Shown: positions 7,873-18,794 of the stretch, one piece after another
Layout: each line of letters begins with the position of its first letter
Position numbering within the stretch: position 1 is the first letter of the stretch
Assembly: GCA_963766075.1 (NCBI GenBank)
Contig: CAVYAN010000117.1
Coordinates: forward strand, 1-64,000
Reading direction: 5' to 3'
Source of the DNA: an uncultured cyanobacterium
Lineage (GTDB): Bacteria > Cyanobacteriota > Cyanobacteriia > Leptolyngbyales > Leptolyngbyaceae
Length of the DNA stretch: 64,000 nt
Notes under the pieces: model-generated
The model's input: the letters and a program-made list of their open reading frames with translations, nothing else
Told to the model about the DNA's origin: nothing
The model's database searches: none
Made by a program: the position numbers and the translations under genes

Positions 7873-9509
7873 TAGCAGGCGGTCTGAGCCTTTTTCTTCA
7901 CTTAACCACGCACTCCCATCGGTCGGTGCACCTTCATAATTTCCGTGCCAATGGTCCAAACACCATTCCCACCCATTGCCATGCATATCGTAGAGGCCAA
8001 AGGCATTGGCTGGAAATGTGCCCACCGGAGTCGTTTCTTTGCGGTAGATCCCTTTGGGTCCGGGGCCATAGCCCCGCGTGCCGTTATAGTTGGCTAAATC
8101 GGGAGTAAGGGTTTCGCCACAGTGGAACGGAGTCGTCGTGCCACCACGGCAGGCGTATTCCCACTCCGCTTCGCTGGGCAACCGATACTCCCGCCCTGTA
8201 AACTGGCTCAGCCGCGCACAAAATTCCATCGCCTCATTCCAGGAAACTTGCTCAACCGGGCGAGTGGGGCCTTTGAAAGATGCAGGGTCCGGGTCTAAAT
8301 CAATCTCGACTTTGGCAATGGCGGCCACCGCCCGCCACTGGGCCTGGGTCACGGCAAACTTGCCCATCCCAAAGGCGGAAACAGTCACACTGTGCTGAGG
8401 GCCTTCATGGTCATATCGGCCTAATTCATGCTTGGAGGATCCCATCATGAACGTGCCACTGGGAATTGCCACCATCTCCAAGGTGATGCCCCCGCCCAGA
8501 TTTTCAACAAAAAATCGACTGTCTTCCGCCTGCGGTGGGTTTCTTTGCCGGTTTGATCCACCGTAACGACATCACACTCAAACCCTTGCGATTGAGCCCC
8601 AGCCTGATCTGGAAGACTTTCCCGACCGGCATCTTCGTCGAGACGTCGCAGATTGGCCCCCGGTTGCTGGGGTGGTTTCGCAGCATGATCTCGCTCAGCT
8701 TGATCAAGAATCGGTTGGGCAAGGCGTGCCACATCCTCCGGCTTCAGCCCCAAATCCCGCTGTCGCTGGGCCAAATCCTGTTCAATCTGGGCACTAAAGG
8801 GATAATGCCCCCGCTCAATCAGCCGGGTCAGGGTTTTCTCATACTTCTTCAGGTTTTCGGCATAGCGCCGCAGCGGAGCCTCGGCCTCGGCTTCGATTTC
8901 CGCCGCCACCTCCGACGCTAATCCCAGGGTTTCGCACAGTTCCTCTAAGGTATCCCGCTCCACCGGGGAAATTACGCCATCCGCCAACGCTTCCTCCACC
9001 TTTTGGCGATACTGCGATCGCCTCGCCAGATCCTGCTCGACCTGCTGCTGCCGGTATTGCCGCATGATCTGGGCCGCAGTGCGGATGCCTTGGGTGACAC
9101 TGAGAAAGGCTTCATCTTGGTTAAGCCAAGTAGTGACGGGTTTGGCATCCTTGGGAAACGCTTGGAGTTTGGCAAAGGGCGCATCAAACCAGTCAAACGG
9201 TCGCAAAATTACAGGCACAACATAGGCTTGCTTGGCTTCATGCCGCTGCAACGCGATGGGAATTTCCACATCCCGGCAATATTTTGAGGCAAAAAAATCC
9301 GGGCTGATCAACAGCAAAATGATATCCGCCGCCTCCAGCTCCACCTTAATTTTCTCATCCCATTCGGTCCCGGCAGTAAGCTGGCGATCGTACCAGCTTG
9401 AAATAATTCCTTGCCATTGCAGGTTACTCAGATGGGTCGCCAGACTATCGCGTAGGGCTTCATCTTTGTGCGAGTAGGAAATAAAAACCCGAACAGCGGC
9501 CTCTGCCAT
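7747..9509 (-). CDS. TIR domain + FGE-sulfatase (CLec fold) protein; split by a 1-nt deletion in a T6 run at 8509-8514
   Basis: [80 protein letters not shown]. Adding one T joins the frames as [17 protein letters not shown]. Confidence 0.85.
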
Positions 9510-9730
9510 AGGATCCCAAAAAGTCGGTGTACAAAAAGTCGGTGTAGAAGATGTCGTGGTCGAGCGAGCGCAATACCCGTACTGATATTCTCTCAGTTAT
9601 ACCAAACGACTCAGGGAGATTTTACGCGGCGATTTATTGAGGCGATTTATTTAATCGTGCATTTTTCACCAAAGCCGCTACAATCCCAAGATGCTATTCG
9701 CCGTTGCCCTTGCCGCACGCCCCTGAAACT

Positions 9731-11692
9731 ATGCTGAGTTCTGAAATCTCGAAGCCCATCAGCCTGGAACCGCAAATCTGCTGTGCGAATCCCCAGTGTT
9801 CAGCGCCGTTAAACGCGATCGGGCAACCCCTGTGTGCGAGCTGCCACACCCCCCTCACCTATCGCTACCTGTGGGCCGTGGGCGACCTCGCCGAACAAAC
9901 GTCTCCCGGTGGCCAAATTGCCGGACGCTATTACGTCGTGGCCCCCAACGTGTGGCTCGATACCCAACCCGGCCTCACCCCCGATATTCCCCAGGACTGG
10001 TCCGATGCGGTGCTGCCCTACTTGCACCTGCATCGTCAAGAACTGCATGTCCCCCAGGTGTATGGCTTCTGTCCAGCCGCCAAGGGCGCTGGATTGACGG
10101 ATACATTCTTGCTCGAAAATGTGCCCCTAGATGGAGCGGGGCATCTCCTACCGGGACTATCACAGATGTGGTCCCAGGTTTCGGCTTTGCGGCAGGTATC
10201 CTGGCTGTGGCAAATCCTGAGCCTGTGGCAGCCGCTTCAGGAGCAAGGAGTGGCGTGCAGCGTGCTGATTGCCGACAACCTGCGGATCGAGGGCTGGCGG
10301 GTGCGTCTGCGGCAACTGTATGCCGATGCGGAAGTATTTGGGTTACCCAAAACGGCAGAGGTGCCGAGTACAGCATTGCTGCGGTTGGCCGATTTGGCGA
10401 ACTTTTGGCTGGAGTGGGTAGAGCGATCGCAGCCATCGGTGATAGAACCGCTGCGGGCTGTTTGTCAGGCCATGCAAGCCGATCAGTCCTTTACCGACGT
10501 TGCCCATCAGCTGAATCAGGTGCTGCTGGAACAGGCGGCGCTGCTGCCCCTGCGCTTGCGGATCGCTGGGTTGACGGATACAGGCCGCGATCGCCCCCAC
10601 AACGAAGATGCTTGCTACCCCAGCACGGTGGGTAAGCTGTCTCTCCCCGATGGATTAATGCCCCGTTTGGCCATTGTCTGCGATGGTATTGGTGGCCATG
10701 AAGGCGGCGAAGTCGCCAGCCAAATGGCCGTGCAAACCCTGAAGCTTCAGGCCCAAGCACTGTTGGCTGAAGTGGCCGAACAATCGGAACCGATGGCTCC
10801 GGACGTGGTAACCCAGCAGTTGGAATCCATTGTTCGGGTAGTGAATAATTTAATTGCCAGCCAAAATGACCAGCAAGGGCGCGCCGAGCGCCGCCGCATG
10901 GGCACAACCTTGGCCATGGCCTTGCACATTCCCCAGCCCGTCCCCGGTCCCGATGGCAGCATTCTGGGACACAGCCACGAACTGTATCTCGTGCACCTGG
11001 GCGATAGTCGTGCCTACTGGATGACCGAACGCTATTGCCAACGCCTGACTGTAGATGATGAAGTTGCGGTCCGGGAAGCGCGATTGGGGCGATCGCTCTA
11101 CCGCGAGGCTCTCCTCCGCCCCGATGCCCGCGCCCTAACCCAAGCGCTGGGCACCCGCGATGCTGAGGCCATTTCTCCCACCGTCCAGCGTTTTATCCTG
11201 GAAGAAGACGGCCTCTTACTGCTGTGTTCTGACGGTCTCAGTGACCAGGATCAGGTTGAAGCGCACTGGGCTGAGTTCATGGAGGCATTCATGCGAGGAC
11301 AGCGCAGTTTGGACGAAACCGCCCAAGCCTGGGTCGATCTTGCCAATCAAAAAAATGGTTATGACAATGTCTCCGTCGTCCTGCTGCACGCTAACGTGTC
11401 GTCCACCGCCGCCGATCCAGCCCTACCAGATCTGGATAACAGTCCCACCGAGAGTTGGACGCCATCCGCCCAAGCCCTGTGGGAAGATCAACCCGACAGC
11501 GTATCCCCGTCCTCACCGCTTGTCCGGCCAAAATCGTTGGCATGGGTACCGGCAATGGTGGGATCTTTAGTGGCCTTAGCGATCGCCAGTGGTATTGGTA
11601 TCGCCCTGTGGAACGCCCGCCAATCGGCTCCGGAACAACCGACCCCGATTCAAGTTGCACCTAGTCCAGAGTCTGGTGGGAAACCAGAGTGA
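9731..11692 (+). CDS. PP2C-family Ser/Thr phosphatase with N-terminal zinc ribbon and C-terminal TM helix
   Basis: CANPQC...CASC; TDTGRDRPHNED, VCDGIGGHEGGEVAS, MGTT, HLGDSRAY, LLCSDGL, GYDNVSV. Confidence 0.9.
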   Translation: MLSSEISKPISLEPQICCANPQCSAPLNAIGQPLCASCHTPLTYRYLWAVGDLAEQTSPGGQIAGRYYVVAPNVWLDTQPGLTPDIPQDWSDAVLPYLHLHRQELHVPQVYGFCPAAKGAGLTDTFLLENVPLDGAGHLLPGLSQMWSQVSALRQVSWLWQILSLWQPLQEQGVACSVLIADNLRIEGWRVRLRQLYADAEVFGLPKTAEVPSTALLRLADLANFWLEWVERSQPSVIEPLRAVCQAMQADQSFTDVAHQLNQVLLEQAALLPLRLRIAGLTDTGRDRPHNEDACYPSTVGKLSLPDGLMPRLAIVCDGIGGHEGGEVASQMAVQTLKLQAQALLAEVAEQSEPMAPDVVTQQLESIVRVVNNLIASQNDQQGRAERRRMGTTLAMALHIPQPVPGPDGSILGHSHELYLVHLGDSRAYWMTERYCQRLTVDDEVAVREARLGRSLYREALLRPDARALTQALGTRDAEAISPTVQRFILEEDGLLLLCSDGLSDQDQVEAHWAEFMEAFMRGQRSLDETAQAWVDLANQKNGYDNVSVVLLHANVSSTAADPALPDLDNSPTESWTPSAQALWEDQPDSVSPSSPLVRPKSLAWVPAMVGSLVALAIASGIGIALWNARQSAPEQPTPIQVAPSPESGGKPE

Positions 11693-11871
11693 GAACCTAT
11701 TAAAAACTAAACATCAAAAATTTGGGGCACCTCAGGGTGGCCCAGATAATCTACGGCGAAATGCGATGGTTTAGGGACAGGTCTTATGTCAAGATAGGAA
11801 GCTGACGGTGCGGATCCTGCTAGATCTTCGCGGTTAAGCCGTTGGGCAGTTGTGTAGGCATGATTTAGGTT

Positions 11872-12114
11872 ATGGAAATTAATAGTTCAGCATTTCCCGT
11901 GGGCAGTCGCGTCCGGGTCGCAACCTCTGTAGTGGTGTATCACCATCCAGAACATCGCAATGATCCCTTTGATATCAAAGGCGAAGAAGGTGAGATCGTT
12001 CAGGTTCTCCGTGAATGGAACGGTCGGCCCGTCAGCGCCAATTTTCCCTATATTGTGAAATTTAGCAAACGCTTTAAGGCGCATCTGCAAGAAGCCGAAA
12101 TCGAATCGGTTTAG
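11872..12114 (+). CDS. ftrV: Ferredoxin-thioredoxin reductase variable subunit
   Basis: VGSRVRVATSVVVYHHPEHR...GRPVSANFPYIVKF..FKAHL. Confidence 0.92.
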   Translation: MEINSSAFPVGSRVRVATSVVVYHHPEHRNDPFDIKGEEGEIVQVLREWNGRPVSANFPYIVKFSKRFKAHLQEAEIESV

Positions 12115-12257
12115 TGTTGCCAATTCGCTCCTGGCGTGAAGCCTGCGGTTATGGGCTGGACAGATCTCTGAGCCACAGCCCCTTACTGCATCAGCGCAGG
12201 TTTCACCTCTACCACCCCAGGTATTTCTTTGCGGGAAATTCGCGTTTTTTAACGCCG

Positions 12258-13446
12258 CTACGCATAGCGAATGCCGGCCTGTTTTAGGCGCGCTAACGCC
12301 TCCGCCAAGCGATCGCAGTCCGCAATTAAACTGACCCGGACATAGCCTTCACCACCAGGACCAAACGCATTCCCCGGCGTAAAGACTACCCCCGTTTTCT
12401 CCAACACGGACAGAGCAAAATCCGTCGAAGTTTGGCCGGGTGGACAGGGCATCCACAAATACATCGTGGCATTGGTTTTGGGAATCGACCAGCCCAGTTC
12501 GGCAAACCCCTGGATCAGAAAATCGCGGCGATCGCGATACCGCTGCTGCACCTCGTGCAAGTAGATATCCGGCAATTGCAATGCCGTTTCTGCCGCCGTT
12601 TGCAGCACCGAAAAAATGCCGTAGTCTAAATTGGTCTTCAGGGTCCGCAGTCCCTGGACCACATGGCGATTGCCCACTACGAATCCGACCCGCCAGCCCG
12701 CCATGTTATAGGTTTTAGACATGGTGTGAAATTCCACCCCAATGTCCTTCGCCCCAGGAATTTCCAGCAAGCTCGTGGGTTGATAGCCATCAAAAGCCAG
12801 CTCTGCATAGCACAAATCATGTACCAGCAAAATCTCGTAGTGACGGGCAAAGGCCACAATCTCTTCGTAGAACTCCCGAGGTGCCGTGGCAGCGGTAGGA
12901 TTGCTGGGATAGTTGAAATACAGAATCTTCGCCCGCTCCGCTATCGCACTGGGAATCCGGCTGAGATCAATTCAGCCAATTTTGTTCCGGCTTCAGCATC
13001 AAATGATAAAGCTCGGCTCCAGCAATTAGCGGGCCGCGAAAATGCGGCGGATAGGAAGGGCTGGGCACGAGGACTAAGTCTCCCGGATTGACGTAGGCCA
13101 ATGCCAAATGGGTCAACCCTTCCTTGGAACCCAATAGGGGCAATGCCTCACCCTCTGGATCCAGTTTGACGCCATAGCGTCGGTAGTACCAATCCGTAAT
13201 GGTTTTGCGAAAACTCGCGGTGCCTTCAAAGGGCGGATAACCGTGGTAAGTGGGATTGGCCATGGCGGCGATCGCCGCATCAATCACGGGCTGGGGCGGT
13301 GGACCATCGGGATTGCCCATGCCCAAGTCAATCAAGTCTAACCCTTGCTCCCGAGCCCGCATCTTCAACTCCTCCAGCCGTGCAAACACGTACTGGGGCA
13401 ACTTACTGAGGCGATCGGCGGGTTTAATCATCATTCCATCGGTCAT
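12258..13446 (-). CDS. PLP-dependent class I/II aminotransferase (aspartate / LL-DAP aminotransferase-like); +1 frameshift near 12971
   Basis: IDLGMGNPD, LLGSKEG, YFNYPSNPT (after removing one base), HDLCY, HTMSKTYNMAGWRVG. Confidence 0.88.
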
Positions 13447-14633
13447 GACTGCACCTCCGGGGTCAGCGCATTGGCCAAGGCACCAGCGGAAAAGCCCGCC
13501 GGAGAACTAGCAGCGGTGAAAAGAGCCGGGGGCAGAGGAGCAGTCGTAGAAACCATAGCAGCAACCAGGTCGACCGGATCAACAGTGAAAGGTAGGTGAT
13601 GAATATCAGATTGAGGGGCACAGGCAATTTCGGCAGCATGCTGCAAATCAGCCAACGACACGAGAGACATGCCCAAATCGTTGAGGCTCGTAGGCAACCC
13701 AATCTCTTGGTAGAACCCCAGTAATTGCTGGCGGGCCGTGGCCGCCAGTTGATTGCTCCGCAACAGTTCTTCCAGTCGCAACTGGACCAGAATGCCATAG
13801 GCTACTTTTTCGCCATGGAGCGTGCCGTGACTGGCAAGCACATGGGTAAGGCCGTTGTGCACGGCGTGGGCAGCCACCGTGCGACATTGGGCACCCCCCA
13901 AGCCCCCAATCACGCCCGCCAAGAGCACCGTGGCATCGACGACTTCTTGCCAAAGAGCACCGCCCGGTTCCCGCAGTGCCGCCGCCGACTGTTGCAAGAG
14001 CAAATCCCGCAGCACGCGGGCTTGCTGTACCGCTGCCACAATTAAGGTTTGCTGAGAGTTACCGCTGCTCACAGAAGCCTCGTACCACTTGGCGATCGCA
14101 TCGCCAATCCCCGCCACTAAGGTCCTCTGGCTGGCCGTTTGCACCAACGCATAGTCTAAAATCAGTAGATTCGGGCATTGCAATAAAGGGACATCATACA
14201 GAAACGCACCCGTCTCGGAGTAAACATTCGATAGGGCCGTCCAAGCGGCACAGGTGGCGGCGGAAGTCGGAATCGTAACCACCGGCAGCGTCAACTGATG
14301 CGCCAACAGCTTGGCTGCATCCAACGCCTTGCCCCCGCCCACACCAATAATCAAGTCAGCGGCATGCTCGTGGGCGGCAACGCGCAAACGCGCCAAGGCA
14401 ACTTCACTGCAATCAGGATGGTAAGACGCCGAGGTCGCTTCCAAGCCACCCTGGACTAACGCAGGGTGGAGCAACGGCTGCACCGCCGCCAGGGTGGAAG
14501 CTCCCCCAACAATCAGGGGCCGCTTTCCCAACCGGGCCAAGGCGGCAGCAGACTGCGGCAACACTTCCCTGCCTCGAACCACCTGTGCGGGTGCAACAGT
14601 GAGAGGAAACACAGCAGAAGTCAGGGTAGACAT
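13443..14633 (-). CDS. gldA: Iron-containing alcohol dehydrogenase, glycerol dehydrogenase-like
   Basis: GVGGGKALDAAK, PTSAATCA, GIGDAIAKWYEA, AHAVHNGLT, LHGEKVAYG. Confidence 0.85.
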   Translation of the reverse strand: MSTLTSAVFPLTVAPAQVVRGREVLPQSAAALARLGKRPLIVGGASTLAAVQPLLHPALVQGGLEATSASYHPDCSEVALARLRVAAHEHAADLIIGVGGGKALDAAKLLAHQLTLPVVTIPTSAATCAAWTALSNVYSETGAFLYDVPLLQCPNLLILDYALVQTASQRTLVAGIGDAIAKWYEASVSSGNSQQTLIVAAVQQARVLRDLLLQQSAAALREPGGALWQEVVDATVLLAGVIGGLGGAQCRTVAAHAVHNGLTHVLASHGTLHGEKVAYGILVQLRLEELLRSNQLAATARQQLLGFYQEIGLPTSLNDLGMSLVSLADLQHAAEIACAPQSDIHHLPFTVDPVDLVAAMVSTTAPLPPALFTAASSPAGFSAGALANALTPEVQS

Positions 14634-14668
14634 GGGGAGAAAAAATTCTGTGGGTCTTCTAGGATACT

Positions 14669-15187
14669 CTATGCCGTGGGCTTGGGTAACTGCGCCAGTT
14701 GATCTTTGAAGAGCTCGATAGCGGCATTCGGGTCTTCTCTCTCTCCCAGCGATCGCCGAATTTGTCCCAAATAGGCCAATTGCGAGACTCCGGGCTTTGG
14801 ATGCAGCACCGTCCGCGCCCGAATCAACATTTTATTATCGCCCGTGGCCAAGCGGCCCGGGGAATACATGTCGATCGCCGCCTGCCGCAGCGTGGCTTCC
14901 ACCTCAGATTCAGTTACTGTAGGGGGCACGGCAATCACCACCAAGGTCGCGCCCGTATCAAAGGCCCGCGTGTAGTGGACCGCTCCCGGAATTTCGGGGC
15001 GGATAAACAGCCCCAAACTCAGCCCAAACAGGCCCCCGGTGAGCACCCCCGTAAACCCAGTCACTCCCACCAGGCGAAAGCGAATGCCCCACTTCAAAAC
15101 CCATGCGAGTCCGGTGAGGATCCCCAAAGCAATCGTGGCACAGCCCGACCAGAGCGCGAAAAGTTGGAATTGTTCAGTGGAGATCAT
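14669..15187 (-). CDS. ycf51: Ycf51 family protein (DUF2518)
   Basis: WGIRFRLVGVTGF, IPGAVHY, EATLRQAA..MYSPGRL, IRARTVLHPKPGVS. Confidence 0.85.
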   Translation of the reverse strand: MISTEQFQLFALWSGCATIALGILTGLAWVLKWGIRFRLVGVTGFTGVLTGGLFGLSLGLFIRPEIPGAVHYTRAFDTGATLVVIAVPPTVTESEVEATLRQAAIDMYSPGRLATGDNKMLIRARTVLHPKPGVSQLAYLGQIRRSLGEREDPNAAIELFKDQLAQLPKPTA

Positions 15188-15291
15188 AGGTCCAAGACAT
15201 TTAAAGGGCACAGAAAGAGCACAGCAAAAAAGCAGGGCGAATTCAGAGCACAGCGCATGTTGGCAGTCGCAGCGCTGCCGACTATTACTGA

Positions 15292-15711
15292 TTATTCCAA
15301 TAGCCAAGCTTTTACCCGTTCCAGACTTTTCCATCCCGGCTTGCGGGTCAATCCGTCTTCAATATTTTGCAGGACCTCTTCCTTCAATTCAGCCACCACC
15401 ATAATCACCTGTTGGGCCATTTCAACATGCTGGCGAACACCTTTTTTGTTCGTGTCCAGCATAGCCACCGCCAGGTTAATCCGAGCTTGTGGATCCTGTG
15501 CATTCAGTTTTACTGCCGTTTGGGCTGCTGCAAAGGCCATCGCCGGTTTATCCACGAGCAAGTACAGCCATGCCAAGCAGGTCCAGGCCGAACTGGTCTT
15601 GCGGGAGCGATCGCACACTTCCTTAAATACCGGAATCAGCGTTTCCGGATCTTCTCCCGCCTTATAACGGGCCAGTCCATCATCAAATAAGGCTTCAACA
15701 GTCTGAGTCAT
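15292..15711 (-). CDS. Conserved cyanobacterial TPR-like protein
   Basis: AWTCLAWLYLL...AVKLNAQDPQARINLA TPR-like helices. Confidence 0.75.
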   Translation of the reverse strand: MTQTVEALFDDGLARYKAGEDPETLIPVFKEVCDRSRKTSSAWTCLAWLYLLVDKPAMAFAAAQTAVKLNAQDPQARINLAVAMLDTNKKGVRQHVEMAQQVIMVVAELKEEVLQNIEDGLTRKPGWKSLERVKAWLLE

Positions 15712-15834
15712 AGCAAACCATGGAAATTCGCAAAAAGAAAGTTCGCAAAATCGCAAAAAACAGAGCCAGCCTCGTCAATTTCGACTGCTGACTCTCTTTG
15801 GATAATACCGGAAGATGGGAGCCTCTTGGGTCCG

Positions 15835-16203
15835 CTATGCCGAAAACGACTTGCCACACCCACAGGTTTGATCCGCATTGGGATTGGTGAATTGAAAGCC
15901 ACCCCCAATTAGGGCATTGCTATAGTCCAGCACAAGGCCGTAAAGATACAGCAGGCTCTTAGGATCGCAGATGACCTTAAACCCATCGTAGTCGTACACC
16001 TCGTCGGTGGGCTGAATGTTGGCAAGGTCTTCAAAATCCATCATGTAAGACATCCCCGAACAACCGCCATTCCGAACACCCACCCGCAGACACAAATCCT
16101 TACCTTGCTGCTCTCGCAATTGCAGGACGTGCTTGAGGGCATTATCGGTCATTTGAATGCCGCGCTGTTGGGGTTGTGCAACCGTTGTTGTGGCTTGAGT
16201 CAT
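15835..16203 (-). CDS. Fe-S cluster assembly accessory protein (HesB/IscA/SufA family)
   Basis: GGCSGMSY and C-terminal TCGCGKSF. Confidence 0.93.
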   Translation of the reverse strand: MTQATTTVAQPQQRGIQMTDNALKHVLQLREQQGKDLCLRVGVRNGGCSGMSYMMDFEDLANIQPTDEVYDYDGFKVICDPKSLLYLYGLVLDYSNALIGGGFQFTNPNADQTCGCGKSFSA

Positions 16204-16500
16204 AGGTGAACGTCCTTGCCGATTCCAAATATTCGTATAGCGGTGCTGATTTTAATCGCCGATCTTAATCATAGTCGGTTAATGCCTCTATCGGCTAAGC
16301 CTACCCTTAGCAAAAGCCCCATCGGACACTAGGGACGGCATTTCCCGACTGCTTTAATCCAATCGACTCGGTACCTTCTAGACTACGTTATTTGATGTCA
16401 ACAGATTGCGGAGTGAGATTAGTGTTTATCATGAATAACTACGTGAGCGATTGCACTGCCTTGCCTTCCTTCGCGTCGATCACTGCTATCGATGGACTTT

Positions 16501-18132
16501 ATGACTGCCCTGAATCACTCTACCCAACGTCGGCTCAAGCAACTTCCCTGCGTCCCCAGTGTGTGGGAAGGCGATCGGCGACGACTGAACCGAGGGGCAC
16601 AGTCCTCCATGGATTGGCCAGATGCCAACACTAGTAGCGCCTCAGAGGGCGATTGCATTCTCTGGGTGGATGGCTCCCAGGGTATTGTGCGGGCCATGGA
16701 TGTGGTTCCCCTGGAAACGGGGCCAGAGGCCGTGGTCCGAACGCTGTTAAAAGCAATGGAGTATCCCCACAATCCCGCTAGTCCGGCTCGTCCCCAAAAA
16801 ATTGTGGTCCGCGATCGCGAAATTCTATTTTTCCTGCGGGGCGTTTTGCAGGACATGGATATTGCCCTAGACTACGTACCCGATTTGCCGTTGATTGACG
16901 AGATTTTTCACAGCTTTGAAGATGCGATCGGCAGTCGCCCCCCCCAACTGCCCCCGGCCTACCTGGAAAGCCTGCCCCAAAAGGCGATGGACCTGTGGGC
17001 GGTTGCCCCGTGGAGTGTTCTCGCCGATCACGAAATTTTGGCCATTGAACTCAACCAGTGGGATTTAACAACCCTCTATGCGTCGGTTATGGGCATGCTG
17101 GGCATGGAATACGGCATTTTGTTCTACCGCTCGCTGGATTCGCTGCGCCGCTTCCGCCAGCGGGTACTGCATAACGAATCCCTGGAACAAATGGAAGAAG
17201 CCTTCCTCGGACAGGATTGCCTATTTGTCACCTTTGAGGGCATCGACGAGGAGATTGATACAGAGGAGATCAACCTGGGCATGTTGCCGCCCGATCAAAT
17301 CGAGCCTGTCTTTGGCACCTTGCACCCCTTGGAAGGCATGCGATCGTTTCTTTACGAAGAAGAATCAGCAGCACTGTTCGTGGCCCTGGACGCCATCCAA
17401 CGCTTGATGAAGCAGCACGGCAAGAAATTTCTGAACGATGCCTTCCCGGCTATTAGCAGCCGCTACAAAATTCCTAACCCGGAAGCAGAGGATAAGGCCA
17501 CGCTCTCTGTCAAGGTATCTACCCTCCCCGATCTGGCTGCCGAATTGATGGAGATGGCAGGTGCTCCCGATGATGACCTACCCACGATGCCCATGATTCG
17601 GGACGACTTGGTTCCCGAAAATGCTTTTCTGTCCCTGGGCGTGGTGCCCTGGGACATGTTGGAACACCTGCGTACTGGCGCAGAGCACTACCAGCCTGAG
17701 GAATTTACCGCAGCGGGGGATGGGTTACCCGTGGTGATGATTCAAACTTCCCGTCCTAAGGCCAAGACGTTGATTGAGGCCATTCAAGCAGCAGGGGGCC
17801 TAACGGCTATCTGCTTTAATCCAGGGGAGGATCCCTTCGAGGGCGATCGCTACGATCTGGGACTCCTGCAAACAGGCAATGGCGACCTTCACCTCTTTGG
17901 TGAATTTGGCGAAGCCGATCCCACCCATGCCGCTGCCCGCAAAAAATGGGATCAGCGTTGCAAAAAGACAAAGGGCTACTGCGGCTTGATCATCGCCAAG
18001 GGCATGACGGGGGCGACGCGGGGCAACCCTCAACTCAAAGACATGGTGGGGCTTTTTGAAACTAAATCGATGTCGCCCAAGGATTTGGCCCTGGGCACCT
18101 TACAACTCACGATGGCTGTGGATTGGACTTAG
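16501..18132 (+). CDS. Conserved cyanobacterial hypothetical protein (DUF6930-like)
   Basis: Long clean ORF; VWEGDRR, CILWVDGSQG.VRAMD, SVMGMLGMEYG recognisable from cyanobacterial homologs. Confidence 0.7.
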   Translation: MTALNHSTQRRLKQLPCVPSVWEGDRRRLNRGAQSSMDWPDANTSSASEGDCILWVDGSQGIVRAMDVVPLETGPEAVVRTLLKAMEYPHNPASPARPQKIVVRDREILFFLRGVLQDMDIALDYVPDLPLIDEIFHSFEDAIGSRPPQLPPAYLESLPQKAMDLWAVAPWSVLADHEILAIELNQWDLTTLYASVMGMLGMEYGILFYRSLDSLRRFRQRVLHNESLEQMEEAFLGQDCLFVTFEGIDEEIDTEEINLGMLPPDQIEPVFGTLHPLEGMRSFLYEEESAALFVALDAIQRLMKQHGKKFLNDAFPAISSRYKIPNPEAEDKATLSVKVSTLPDLAAELMEMAGAPDDDLPTMPMIRDDLVPENAFLSLGVVPWDMLEHLRTGAEHYQPEEFTAAGDGLPVVMIQTSRPKAKTLIEAIQAAGGLTAICFNPGEDPFEGDRYDLGLLQTGNGDLHLFGEFGEADPTHAAARKKWDQRCKKTKGYCGLIIAKGMTGATRGNPQLKDMVGLFETKSMSPKDLALGTLQLTMAVDWT

Positions 18133-18201
18133 TAGTGTCGCCAATTGTGAGGGTGGCAAGGTGATTAAGATCACCCATAAAACAATACCCATTGGGGTCG
18201 C

Positions 18202-18252
18202 CAGAAGTTGGCCGTTAGGAATCACATGCTGATTCCTAACGGCCAACTTCTG
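18202..18252. terminator. Perfect 23-bp inverted repeat with 5-nt loop, followed by a short T-tract; probable terminator/stabiliser
   Basis: CAGAAGTTGGCCGTTAGGAATCA-catgc-TGATTCCTAACGGCCAACTTCTG, 70 nt after stop at 18132. Confidence 0.65.
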
Positions 18253-18794
18253 ATTTTTGCCTGTCTCATTTTGCCTGTCTAACTCAGAGAGCTATCACGG
18301 CATCCGTGTCATCTCGCCAGCATTATTTCTGGCTCTAGCGTCATTTTTAGCCTTATTTAAGGCGGAAATAAGTTTCACTTAAATCTCATTGATCAGACAA
18401 AATTCTCATGATTGAGGAAGCTATGATATTTCAGTAAAGGCAGCATAAAGTCAGTTTATTCGCATACGTGTATCCCCTAGTATTGATGTGCACCTTGAGG
18501 GTGAGCTCTTGCGTAGATCTAGTGAAAGGAGCTTTGCGGGCTCGGAACTATTACACATTGATCTAGACCCATATTTTGTTGAGCAGGCATTGGGTTCAGT
18601 AAGTATTGAGTTCAACAAGTATTTCGGTTTTTCCCGGAACTCTGAGACACCGTTGTGATCTAAGAGCAAAGGCAGGGAACGCTCAGGGTATGGAGTCTTG
18701 GTCGGAAGCCTCTGCACTTTTCATAAAGCAGGTCGCACGATCGCACATTCCAGCACGTTATTTTGATTGTTTCACGAAGTGAAATTTGAAGCTC

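Noticed and set aside
7747..8481. FGE domain as an independent gene
   Set aside because: One added T fuses it to the TIR ORF through the typical [14 protein letters not shown] linker; no properly spaced RBS before ATG 8481.
7500..9700. Complete DGR cassette
   Set aside because: No reverse transcriptase, Avd or AAC-rich template repeat found in the window; only a candidate target.
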